From: Candidatus Omnitrophica bacterium CG11_big_fil_rev_8_21_14_0_20_63_9
GTDB taxonomy: Bacteria > Omnitrophota > Gorgyraeia > Aquiviventales > Aquiviventaceae
Assembly: GCA_002796105.1 (NCBI GenBank)
Contig: PCVX01000023.1
Coordinates: 5,636 to 51,964 of the forward strand
DNA: 46,329 nucleotides
Reading direction: 5' to 3'
In this document: one piece after another, positions 28,440 through 35,368 of the stretch
Layout of the letters: each line of letters begins with the position of its first letter
How positions within the stretch are numbered: the first letter of the stretch is position 1
Notes under the pieces: model-generated
Databases searched by the model: none
The model's input: the letters and a program-made list of their open reading frames with translations, nothing else
Told to the model about the DNA's origin: nothing
Made by a program: the position numbers and the translations under genes

Positions 28440-29041
28440 CGATGCCTTCAGCCGACCGCACGGTAGCCGCCATTACCGCCGATCTCCAGGAAACCGCCCG
28501 GTTGCACACGCAGCTTTCCGGGGCTGTCCTTGAGCAGGTCGCCAAGGCGGCTCTGCTGATGACGGAGGCGCTTCGCACCGGGCGCAAGATCATCTGGTTC
28601 GGCAACGGTGGTTCGGCGACGCAAAGCCAGCACATGGCCGGGGAGTTCGTCGGTCGTTTCCGCAAAGAGCGCCGCTCGCTGGCTTCGATCTCGTTGACGG
28701 AGAATATGGCGAGCGTGACCGCGATCGGCAACGATTACGCGTACGATCAGATTTTCTCGCGGCAGCTCGAAGGGTTGGCCCAGGCCGGCGACGTGGCGGT
28801 CGGGCTGTCGACTTCGGGCAACTCGCCCAACGTCGTGCTGGCTCTGGAGAAGTCCAAGACGCTGTCGGTCAAAACGATCGGGATGACCGGAGGCTCCGGA
28901 GGCAAGATGGCCGCGTTGTGCGACGTGTCGATTTGCGTCCCCTCCACCATCACCGCGCGCATCCAGGAAGTGCACCTCACCATCGGCCACATCCTCTGCG
29001 GACTGGTTGAAGATGCGCTCCTCAGCTCCCCCTCGCGCTGA
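28436..29041 (+). CDS. gmhA: D-sedoheptulose-7-phosphate isomerase (SIS domain)
   Basis: ...KIIWFGNGGSATQSQHMAGEFVGRF..ER..L..ISL..., ...IGNDY.Y..IF.RQ..., ...STSGNSPNV... are typical GmhA. ATGA overlap with pfk. Confidence 0.88.
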   Translation: MTMPSADRTVAAITADLQETARLHTQLSGAVLEQVAKAALLMTEALRTGRKIIWFGNGGSATQSQHMAGEFVGRFRKERRSLASISLTENMASVTAIGNDYAYDQIFSRQLEGLAQAGDVAVGLSTSGNSPNVVLALEKSKTLSVKTIGMTGGSGGKMAALCDVSICVPSTITARIQEVHLTIGHILCGLVEDALLSSPSR

Positions 29042-29510
29042 CACCAAGATCAAGTCAGCCGCCGCGCTGATCCCGCTGCTGCGCAAGGCGCAGCGCCGCG
29101 GCCGCCGCGTGGTCTTCACCAATGGCTGTTTTGATCTGCTCCATGCCGGGCACGTGACGCTGCTGGAGCGTTCCCGTCGCCTGGGCAACCTGCTCGTCGT
29201 CGGCATCAACAGCGACCATTCTGTCCGGGCGATCAAAGGACCCAGCCGGCCGATCGTCGCCCAGCGTCAGCGCGCGCTGGTGCTGGCCGGCTTGGCCAGC
29301 GTGGATTTCGTGACCGTCTTCGATGCGCCCACCCCCCAGCGCCTCATCCAACAGTTGCGGCCGGACGTTTTGGTCAAAGGCGCGGACTGGGGCGCGGGCC
29401 AGATCGTCGGGCGCGAGATGGTTGAGCGCTTCGGCGGCCGGGTCGTGCGCGTGCCGCTCGTGAAGGGCTTGTCGACCTCACAGCTGGTTGAGCGCATCCG
29501 CTCCTTATGA
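29013..29510 (+). CDS. rfaE2: D-glycero-beta-D-manno-heptose-1-phosphate adenylyltransferase (RfaE domain II / HldC-type cytidylyltransferase fold)
   Basis: ...RVVFTNGCFDLLHAGHVTLLE.....G..LVVGINSD.SVR..KG..RPI......R...LA.L..VD.V..F...TP..LI..L.PD.LVKG.DW. Overlaps the gmhA end by about 30 nt. Confidence 0.85.
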   Translation: MRSSAPPRADTKIKSAAALIPLLRKAQRRGRRVVFTNGCFDLLHAGHVTLLERSRRLGNLLVVGINSDHSVRAIKGPSRPIVAQRQRALVLAGLASVDFVTVFDAPTPQRLIQQLRPDVLVKGADWGAGQIVGREMVERFGGRVVRVPLVKGLSTSQLVERIRSL

Positions 29511-29932
29511 GCCGCCGCAGCGTGGTGCGGCTGATCGACGCCAACGCCAATCGGGCGCTTGAAGGGCTGCGGGTCTGCGAAGACGTCGTCCGGTTCCATC
29601 TGGAGCACCAACGGCTGTATCAGCGGCTGCGACGACTGCGCCATGCCACTGCCAGGGCGGTCCACGCGCTTCCGGTGACGGCTCGCGAGCTTGTCGGTGC
29701 GCGGGATAGCCGGCATGACCTGGGCCGCGCGGCGAGTGCCAGCCGGATCCGGTCGCTTGAACATGCGCTGGTCATCAACCTGCAGCGGGCCAAGGAGGCG
29801 CTCCGGGTGCTTGAAGAGTGCGCCCGGCTCCTGGCGCCGCGGTCTGCCAGAATCTTTCAGCGCTTACGATTTGAGGTCTATGATGTCGAACAGGCGATCT
29901 TGCTCCACGTGGCGGCTCTACGCCATCGTTGA
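29507..29932 (+). CDS. Helical domain protein equivalent to the N-terminal accessory domain fused to ThiE in many bacteria
   Basis: RLIDANANRALEGLRVCEDVVRFHL... matches the IDANxNRxxEGLRVxE(D/E) motif I recall from long-form thiamine-phosphate synthases. It ends in a different frame, 50 nt into the thiE ORF. Confidence 0.6.
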   Translation: MSRRSVVRLIDANANRALEGLRVCEDVVRFHLEHQRLYQRLRRLRHATARAVHALPVTARELVGARDSRHDLGRAASASRIRSLEHALVINLQRAKEALRVLEECARLLAPRSARIFQRLRFEVYDVEQAILLHVAALRHR

Positions 29933-30548
29933 CCGGGCAGCTCTTGGGTCTCGAGATCCGGTGGAAACCGCCCTGGCTGCGTCGCGGGGCGGAGCCGATG
30001 TCATCCAACTTCGGGACAAATCCGGCACCGCACGGTGGCTGATGGAGACCGCGGCCATGCTGCTGCCGCAGCTGCGCCGGCTGGGCGTCCCGCTCATGAT
30101 CAATGACCGGATCGACATTGTTCAACTCGTGGGCGCGGATGGCGTGCACCTGGGCCAGGAGGATCTGCCGGTTGCGCAGGCCCGCAAGCTGCTGGGGCCG
30201 AGTCGCCTGATCGGCAAGTCCACCCATAGCCTGGAGCAAGCCTTGAGCGCGGCCTCCGAGCCGGTGGATTACCTGGCTGTCGGACCGATTTTTGCAACCC
30301 CGACCAAGCCGGACTACGGCAGCGTGGGGTTGGAGCTCATCGGCAGCGTGGCAGGACGAGTGAACCATTCGGTGGTCTGCATCGGCGGCATCGAGGAAGG
30401 CAATGTGCAGGCTGTCCGGCAAGCGGGCGGACGTTGCGTGGCGGTCGTCCGCGCCATTTGTGCGGCTGCGGATCCTGAACAGGCCGCTCGCACCTTGAAG
30501 CGCCACCTGACACAATCCCGTCGCACAACCACGAAAGCCACCGTATAA
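29880..30548 (+). CDS. thiE: Thiamine-phosphate synthase (catalytic TIM-barrel part)
   Basis: ...RLYAIVDRAA..., ...GADVIQLRDK..., ...LMINDRIDI......DGVHLGQEDLP..., ...GKSTH..., DYLAVGPIFATPTKPD, ...CIGGI... The first in-frame ATGs after the upstream region are 29880/29883. ORF-track start 29691 is an over-extension. Confidence 0.85.
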   Translation: MMSNRRSCSTWRLYAIVDRAALGSRDPVETALAASRGGADVIQLRDKSGTARWLMETAAMLLPQLRRLGVPLMINDRIDIVQLVGADGVHLGQEDLPVAQARKLLGPSRLIGKSTHSLEQALSAASEPVDYLAVGPIFATPTKPDYGSVGLELIGSVAGRVNHSVVCIGGIEEGNVQAVRQAGGRCVAVVRAICAAADPEQAARTLKRHLTQSRRTTTKATV

Positions 30549-30588
30549 TAGGGTTTTTGAGGTATTCCTTGAAAATCTTGGATGCGAT

Positions 30589-30659
30589 GCGGGTATAGCA
30601 CAATGGTAGTGCACTAGCTTCCCAAGCTAGCCACGCGGGTTCGATTCCCGCTACCCGCT
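30589..30659 (+). tRNA. tRNA-Gly (anticodon CCC)
   Basis: Cloverleaf folded by hand. Acceptor GCGGGTA/TACCCGC; D arm GCAC-AATGGTA-GTGC; anticodon arm CTAGC-TTCCCAA-GCTAG (CCC at 30621-30623); variable CCAC; T arm GCGGG-TTCGATT-CCCGC; discriminator T. No encoded CCA. Confidence 0.9.
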
Positions 30660-30669
30660 CTCTTAACTT

Positions 30670-31272
30670 ATGCAGCTGCGAGCCCTTGCCATTGTGTTAG
30701 CCGTCGTTGCCTGCGGGTGTTCCACTCCCCCCGAGCAACCCGCCGCCCCCTCCCGCCAAGCGATCCCAGCCTTGCAGGGGTCGTATCATCAGGTACGACG
30801 AGGCGAAACGCTCTGGCGCATCGCCCACTCCTATGGCATCGATGTGGCGACGTTGGCGCGTGTCAACCAGCTCCCCAACACGACCGAGCTTGCGGTGGGG
30901 CAGCAGCTGTTCATTCCGCTCCCCAAGGAATCCGGCCGGTTTCTCTGGCCGCTTCGGGGCACCACGCGTTCCTCGACTGTGCCAGGAGGGGTGGATATCG
31001 CTGCGACCCCGGGAAGTCTTGTCCGAGCCTCACGGAGCGGGCGCGTGGCGGTCGCCGCCAAGAACGTACCAGGGTGGGGAAAGACGGTCTTGCTCGACCA
31101 CGGCGACGGCTACTTGAGCGTCTACGCAGGCCTCGATCAAGTGCTGGTGCCAGCGGGCGTTCCTGTGCGGCAGGGGATGCCGGTCGGCAGCTTGGGGACC
31201 CGGCCGCTCCATTTTGAGATCCGCTACCACACCAGCGTCAGGCAAACATTGGCGCTCCTGCCAAGCGAATGA
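30670..31272 (+). CDS. NlpD-like lipoprotein: LysM domain plus degenerate LytM (M23) domain
   Basis: Lipobox LAVVAC|G. LysM YHQVRRGETLWRIAHSYGIDVATLARVNQLP....L.VGQQLFIP. The M23 fold is ...GVDIAA.PGS.V.A...G.V......PGWGKTVLLDHGDGYLSVYAGL...V..G..V..G..VG.......LHFEIR, with most catalytic His residues replaced. Confidence 0.85.
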   Translation: MQLRALAIVLAVVACGCSTPPEQPAAPSRQAIPALQGSYHQVRRGETLWRIAHSYGIDVATLARVNQLPNTTELAVGQQLFIPLPKESGRFLWPLRGTTRSSTVPGGVDIAATPGSLVRASRSGRVAVAAKNVPGWGKTVLLDHGDGYLSVYAGLDQVLVPAGVPVRQGMPVGSLGTRPLHFEIRYHTSVRQTLALLPSE

Positions 31273-32876
31273 ACGTCCGCCCTGAGTTGGCCCAGCATCT
31301 GCAGCAGCGCTTGCGCGCGTTCAGCGAGGGGTTCCGCCATAATCTCGCGCTCATCGGCCCGGTGGGCAGCGGCAAAACCTTCCAGCTGCAACGCCTCGTC
31401 ATGGAGCCGCCGCCTGGCCTGACGATGATTTACTGCCCGATGTACCGGGAGTCCCCGCGCACGTTCCTTGAGCGGTTCGGTTGCGCGATCCTCCAAGCCG
31501 GCGCCGCCACCATGCTCCAGCGCTTGGGTGGGCAACTGCCGTCGCTGGCCACCGTGCTTCCTCAAGCCCGGCAGGAACTTCCACGCACGGCGGCCGCTGT
31601 GGGCGTTGCCGCGACGCTTCTTCCACGGCGTCTATATGCCGAGGCGCTGACGCGCATGCTGGATGCCATCCCGATGCTGACCGAGGAGTGCGGCCGGCCC
31701 TCGGTGCTCATCCTCGATGAGTTTCTCTTGCTGGAAGATCTGGGGTTCGTCCACGCCTTCCATGAGCTGGGCAAGCGGGTCATGACCTGGCCTTCGACGC
31801 TCTTCATGCTCTCCAGCTCGTCCTGTTTTCGCGCGCGGAACATTCTTCGGGAGCGCTTGCAGCTGCTCTTCGGACAGTTCGAGCTCCTGACGCTTGAGAC
31901 GCTCGAACTACAGACCGCGACCGCCTGGGTCCAAGCCGAGCTGCGGGGCATCAAGGGAGCGAACTCGGTGACCCCGTTTCTCATGCGCTGGCTCGGAGGG
32001 TACCCGTGGTATCTTGCGGTCATCCTCAACCGGCTCAAGGAACGGGCCGCGATGGCTCGGCGGCCGACTCCGCTGGATGCGCTGTGGTCTGATGCGGTGT
32101 GGGACGTGCTGGGCAGCCCGCAAGGGCCGCTGCACCAGTGGTGCAGCTCGCGTACGGAAGGGCTCACCCGGCTGCGTGGCGGGCCGCGCGCGTTTGAGGT
32201 GTTGTTGCAGGTGGCGGAAGGCGCTCGTACCGCCACGGCGATTGGTGCGGCGGTCGGGCGGGCCGGCGTGTCCACCACGCTGCAGCTGCTCTTGGAGCAG
32301 GACTTGGTGCAGCGCAACGGGATGTGCTGGCATGTGACCGATCCGCTCCTTCGCTGCTGGCTGTCCACGCTGCTGGGCGCAAGGCGTTCAGGGGCCCCGG
32401 TCGATGAACGGCAGCTGCGGGAGCGCTTGGAGGCCTATTTGAGAGGCCTGTGGGCGCGGTGGCAGCAGTCGGATCAGCTCTCCTTTGCGGAGCAGGTCGT
32501 TGGCCTGTTCGGCCGTTTCTGCGAAGACACCATCCTGCTGGACGCCAAGACCGGCCGGCTGCCGAAGTTCGACACGATCCACACGCAGCCGGCGGACCAC
32601 AGCCCCTCCGCGACGTACGTCGTGGCGGACAGCCCTGGCCGCCGCTGGTGCGCCGCGGTGCAGGAGGGCGCGGTGGATGAAAGCGCCATCGCCCAGTTCG
32701 AGTCGTTCTGCCGCACCCAAACGCCGCGGCCCTCGCGGAAGGTCGTGGTCACCAATACCGAGCTGGACCCCACCACCCGCGTGATGGCGAAGGCCGCCAG
32801 CATGTGGGTGTGGCAAGCCGATGACATAAACCTGCTGATGGAGCTCTATGCCTCAGACAGCCAGCCGGCGCGCTGA
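31269..32876 (+). CDS. P-loop ATPase with predicted wHTH region and restriction-endonuclease (Mrr-cat)-like C-terminal domain
   Basis: Walker A IGPVGSGKT; Walker B PSVLILDEF. The C-terminal ~110 aa ...YVVADSPGRRWCAAVQEG...RKVVVTNTELDPTTRVMAKAASMWVWQADDINLLMELY resembles the Mrr-type tail. The architecture recalls archaeal-ATPase/DUF234-type proteins. ATGA overlap with the upstream gene. Confidence 0.6.
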   Translation: MNVRPELAQHLQQRLRAFSEGFRHNLALIGPVGSGKTFQLQRLVMEPPPGLTMIYCPMYRESPRTFLERFGCAILQAGAATMLQRLGGQLPSLATVLPQARQELPRTAAAVGVAATLLPRRLYAEALTRMLDAIPMLTEECGRPSVLILDEFLLLEDLGFVHAFHELGKRVMTWPSTLFMLSSSSCFRARNILRERLQLLFGQFELLTLETLELQTATAWVQAELRGIKGANSVTPFLMRWLGGYPWYLAVILNRLKERAAMARRPTPLDALWSDAVWDVLGSPQGPLHQWCSSRTEGLTRLRGGPRAFEVLLQVAEGARTATAIGAAVGRAGVSTTLQLLLEQDLVQRNGMCWHVTDPLLRCWLSTLLGARRSGAPVDERQLRERLEAYLRGLWARWQQSDQLSFAEQVVGLFGRFCEDTILLDAKTGRLPKFDTIHTQPADHSPSATYVVADSPGRRWCAAVQEGAVDESAIAQFESFCRTQTPRPSRKVVVTNTELDPTTRVMAKAASMWVWQADDINLLMELYASDSQPAR

Positions 32877-33357
32877 CGCGGCAGCGCTGCGCCGGTTGTG
32901 GGCGCCGTGGCGCAGCGTCTTCCTCACCCATTCCAAGCCGCGCGGATGCTTCCTGTGCGCCTCAGTGCGCGCGCGGCCCGTTCAGGGGCACCACGTCATG
33001 GCCAAGGGCCGCCAGGCCTTTGTCATCTTGAACCGCTACCCGTACAATAACGGGCATGTGATGATCGCCCCGGTTCGACATGTCGGCCGGCTTGAGCGGC
33101 TGCAGCCGACGGAATGGCTCGAGATGCTCGCGCTCAGCCAGCGGGTCCTCAAGCGCCTGAACCGGCGCCTTCATCCGCAGGGCTACAACCTAGGCTTCAA
33201 CCTCGGCCGGGCCGGCGGAGCCGGCGTGCCAGGCCATCTGCATCTGCACATCGTCCCCCGATGGAACGGCGACACCAATTTCATGCCGGTTCTGGGCCAG
33301 ACCAAAGTGATTTCGCAGTCGCTTGACGTGTTGTCCCGCTTGTTGAAGGGCTTGTAA
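32848..33357 (+). CDS. HIT-family nucleotide hydrolase/phosphorylase (Ap4A phosphorylase-like subgroup)
   Basis: LWAPWRSVFL....CFLC near the N-terminus, ...FVILNRYPYNNGHVMIAP.RH..., and histidine triad GVPGHLHLHIVPRW. Confidence 0.85.
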   Translation: MPQTASRRADAAALRRLWAPWRSVFLTHSKPRGCFLCASVRARPVQGHHVMAKGRQAFVILNRYPYNNGHVMIAPVRHVGRLERLQPTEWLEMLALSQRVLKRLNRRLHPQGYNLGFNLGRAGGAGVPGHLHLHIVPRWNGDTNFMPVLGQTKVISQSLDVLSRLLKGL

Positions 33358-33359
33358 CG

Positions 33360-34550
33360 GTGACCGAGATGATCCGAGCCGACGCCGGCCACATCATCAC
33401 GCGCGAGGAGCTCGAAGCGCGGGAAGAGCAGTGGCTCGCTGCGTATGCCATGAAGAGCCGCCACACGCGCGGCCGACAGCACGCCGAGCCCGAAGACCCG
33501 TACCGCACCGTCTACCGCAGAGACCGCGACCGGATCATCCACACCACCGCGTTCCGCAGGCTCGAGTACAAGACGCAGGTCTTCGTCAACCATGAAGGCG
33601 ATCATTACCGTACCCGCCTGACGCACACCCTCGAGGTGGCGCAAATCGCCGTCTCGATTGCCCGCGTGCTGCGGCTCAATGAGGATTTGGTCGAGGTGGT
33701 GTCGCTTGCGCATGACATCGGCCACCCGCCGTTCGGCCACGCGGGCGAGGACGTGCTGCGCGAGCTGATGGAAGGACATGGCGGGTTCGACCATAACATC
33801 CAGGGACTGCGCATCGTTGACCTCCTGGAGGCCAGGTATCCGGGCTTTCCCGGGCTGAACCTGACGTGGGAGGTCCGCGAGAGCATCAACAAGCACCGCA
33901 CGCCCTACACGCAGCCGGACATGCAGGTGGCGCTGGACCCGAAACTCTCGCCGCTGCTTGAGAGCCAAATCGCGGACGTGGGCGATGAAATCGCGTATGA
34001 TAATCATGATCTGGACGATGGGCTGACCTCCGGCATTTTGAAAGAAGAGGAGCTGGACGCCCTGGAGCTATGGCGCCAGGTCCGCGAGGCGGTGGATGCT
34101 CACGGCGGCCGGCTGGACCCCGAAATCCGCCGGTATCAGATTATCCGCACGCTCATCAACCGGCAGATCACCGATTTGGTCCACGCGACGACGGAGCGGC
34201 TCAAGCGTCTGAATATCGAGTCGGTCGAGGATGTGCGCGCGTGCAAGGAGCGGCTCATCGCTTTCAGCGAGGAGATGACGCGCTCGCGCACGCCGATGAA
34301 GCAGCTGTTGTGGAAGCAGTTCTACCACCACTACCGCGTGGCCCGGATGGCGGACAAGGCCAAACGGTTCATTACCGAACTGTTCCAGCTCTATCTGACG
34401 AAACCAAACGAGCTGCCGAACACGCCGAGGTCGCGGCTGGCCCGCGGGGAGGACCCGCACCGGGTGGTCTGCGACTATATCGCCGGCATGACGGATCGTT
34501 ACTGTCTTGAAGAATACAAGAAGCTCTTCGACCCGTTCGAGCGCGTGTGA
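33360..34550 (+). CDS. dgt: dGTPase-like deoxynucleoside triphosphate triphosphohydrolase (HD domain)
   Basis: ...YRRDRDRIIHTTAFRRLEYKTQVF......HYRTRLTHTLEVAQI......LNEDL.E...LAHDIGHPPFGH.GE..L..., ...ADVGDEIAY..HDLDDG... is typical of the Dgt-like family. GTG 33360 or ATG 33369. Confidence 0.88.
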   Translation: MTEMIRADAGHIITREELEAREEQWLAAYAMKSRHTRGRQHAEPEDPYRTVYRRDRDRIIHTTAFRRLEYKTQVFVNHEGDHYRTRLTHTLEVAQIAVSIARVLRLNEDLVEVVSLAHDIGHPPFGHAGEDVLRELMEGHGGFDHNIQGLRIVDLLEARYPGFPGLNLTWEVRESINKHRTPYTQPDMQVALDPKLSPLLESQIADVGDEIAYDNHDLDDGLTSGILKEEELDALELWRQVREAVDAHGGRLDPEIRRYQIIRTLINRQITDLVHATTERLKRLNIESVEDVRACKERLIAFSEEMTRSRTPMKQLLWKQFYHHYRVARMADKAKRFITELFQLYLTKPNELPNTPRSRLARGEDPHRVVCDYIAGMTDRYCLEEYKKLFDPFERV

Positions 34551-34568
34551 CAACAGGAGGCTGAGGGC

Positions 34569-35318
34569 ATGCGGACATGGGCAGGGGTGTTGCTGGCAAG
34601 TGTCGTGGTGGTGAGCGGCTGCGGATCATCCGGCCGCAAGAGCTCCTTGCTGCTGGAGCGCCCGGCGCGCGGCCAGATGGCGGCCATGCCGGCGATCGGC
34701 CACCGCGTCGATTGGAAGTTCGAGTCCGAAGGCCAAACGCAGACGCAGAACCAGGTTGACGTGCAGGTGACCCACGCCGGCCCTGCGTATCTCGGTGACC
34801 TGTTCCGTAACAAGGCGATTTTCGGAGCCTATGCCGGCCCCAATCCCTATTACCCGGAGCACCTGGTGTTCTATGTCCGCATCGTCAACCACAGCCAGAA
34901 GCGCGTGGCGATCGACCCGACGCAGTTCGTCCTGATCGACGATCTGGGCAACCAGTACCACACGCTCGGCCAGGACTATATCACGGCGTTTGCCGAATCG
35001 CGCCAGCCGGTGGGGGTCATGGCGCGCGGACTGTTGGAGGATGCGCGTCCAGGGTACTTTGGCGTGAGCGTTCCTGTGGGGCGGCTCGTGGCTCAGAAGC
35101 CGATCGGGCGGTTCGCGCTGCTGCTCCAAGCGGCGCTCAAGCCGGGCCTGCTGTATCCGGGCACGACGTATGACGGGCTGATCGCATTCTGGAGCCCGGC
35201 CGCTGCGGCGAAGTCGCTGCGCCTGCTGGTGACGGATCTCAAGACGGATTTTGACGCCAACGATTTTCCAAAAACCAGCCTGGAGTTTCCATTTGAGTTG
35301 ACGGTCGTGAGCCAGTAA
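34569..35318 (+). CDS. Lipoprotein of unknown function (DUF4352-like beta-sandwich suspected)
   Basis: Lipobox VVVSGC|G. AGGAGG lies 8 nt upstream of the ATG. The central ...VFYVRIVNHSQKRVAIDPTQFVLIDDLGNQY... resembles immunoglobulin-like lipoprotein domains. No catalytic motif seen. Confidence 0.6.
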   Translation: MRTWAGVLLASVVVVSGCGSSGRKSSLLLERPARGQMAAMPAIGHRVDWKFESEGQTQTQNQVDVQVTHAGPAYLGDLFRNKAIFGAYAGPNPYYPEHLVFYVRIVNHSQKRVAIDPTQFVLIDDLGNQYHTLGQDYITAFAESRQPVGVMARGLLEDARPGYFGVSVPVGRLVAQKPIGRFALLLQAALKPGLLYPGTTYDGLIAFWSPAAAAKSLRLLVTDLKTDFDANDFPKTSLEFPFELTVVSQ

Positions 35319-35327
35319 GCGTTCGCT

Positions 35328-35345
35328 GCTGGCTCGCGAGCCAGC
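35328..35345. repeat. Perfect 18-bp palindrome in the lipoprotein/helicase intergenic region
   Basis: GCTGGCTCGCGAGCCAGC reads identically on both strands. TCGCGAGCC recurs at 35357-35365. Confidence 0.9.
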
Positions 35346-35368
35346 ATGAGGTTAGATCGCGAGCCGCC

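Noticed and set aside
29400-29520. TPP riboswitch expected upstream of thiamine genes.
   Set aside because: The thiE-associated ORF starts by ATGA overlap with rfaE2, leaving no non-coding leader. I saw no CUGAGA-type THI-box core in the vicinity.
29691-29879. 5' extension of the thiE reading frame as given in the ORF track (start 29691).
   Set aside because: This part overlaps the well-formed upstream ORF (the ThiE accessory domain) in another frame. It translates to low-complexity sequence with no ThiE similarity. ThiE homology begins at about 29910, so ATG 29880/29883, or a frameshift fusion, is the sensible start.
30544-30549. TATAAT hexamer overlapping the thiE stop as a dedicated tRNA-Gly promoter.
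   Set aside because: The -35 region at the proper spacing (TCGCAC) is poor and there is no extended -10 TG. The hexamer may simply reflect the GTA-TAA-TAG codon/stop context. Not reported as a feature.
33360-34550. Calling the dGTPase-like gene an anti-phage dNTP-depletion defence gene on its own.
   Set aside because: The sequence has the ordinary Dgt-like type-2 layout found as a single-copy housekeeping gene in many bacteria. Its context (HIT upstream, 2-nt gap) shows no mobile or defence hallmarks. I kept it only as part of a low-confidence neighbourhood hypothesis.
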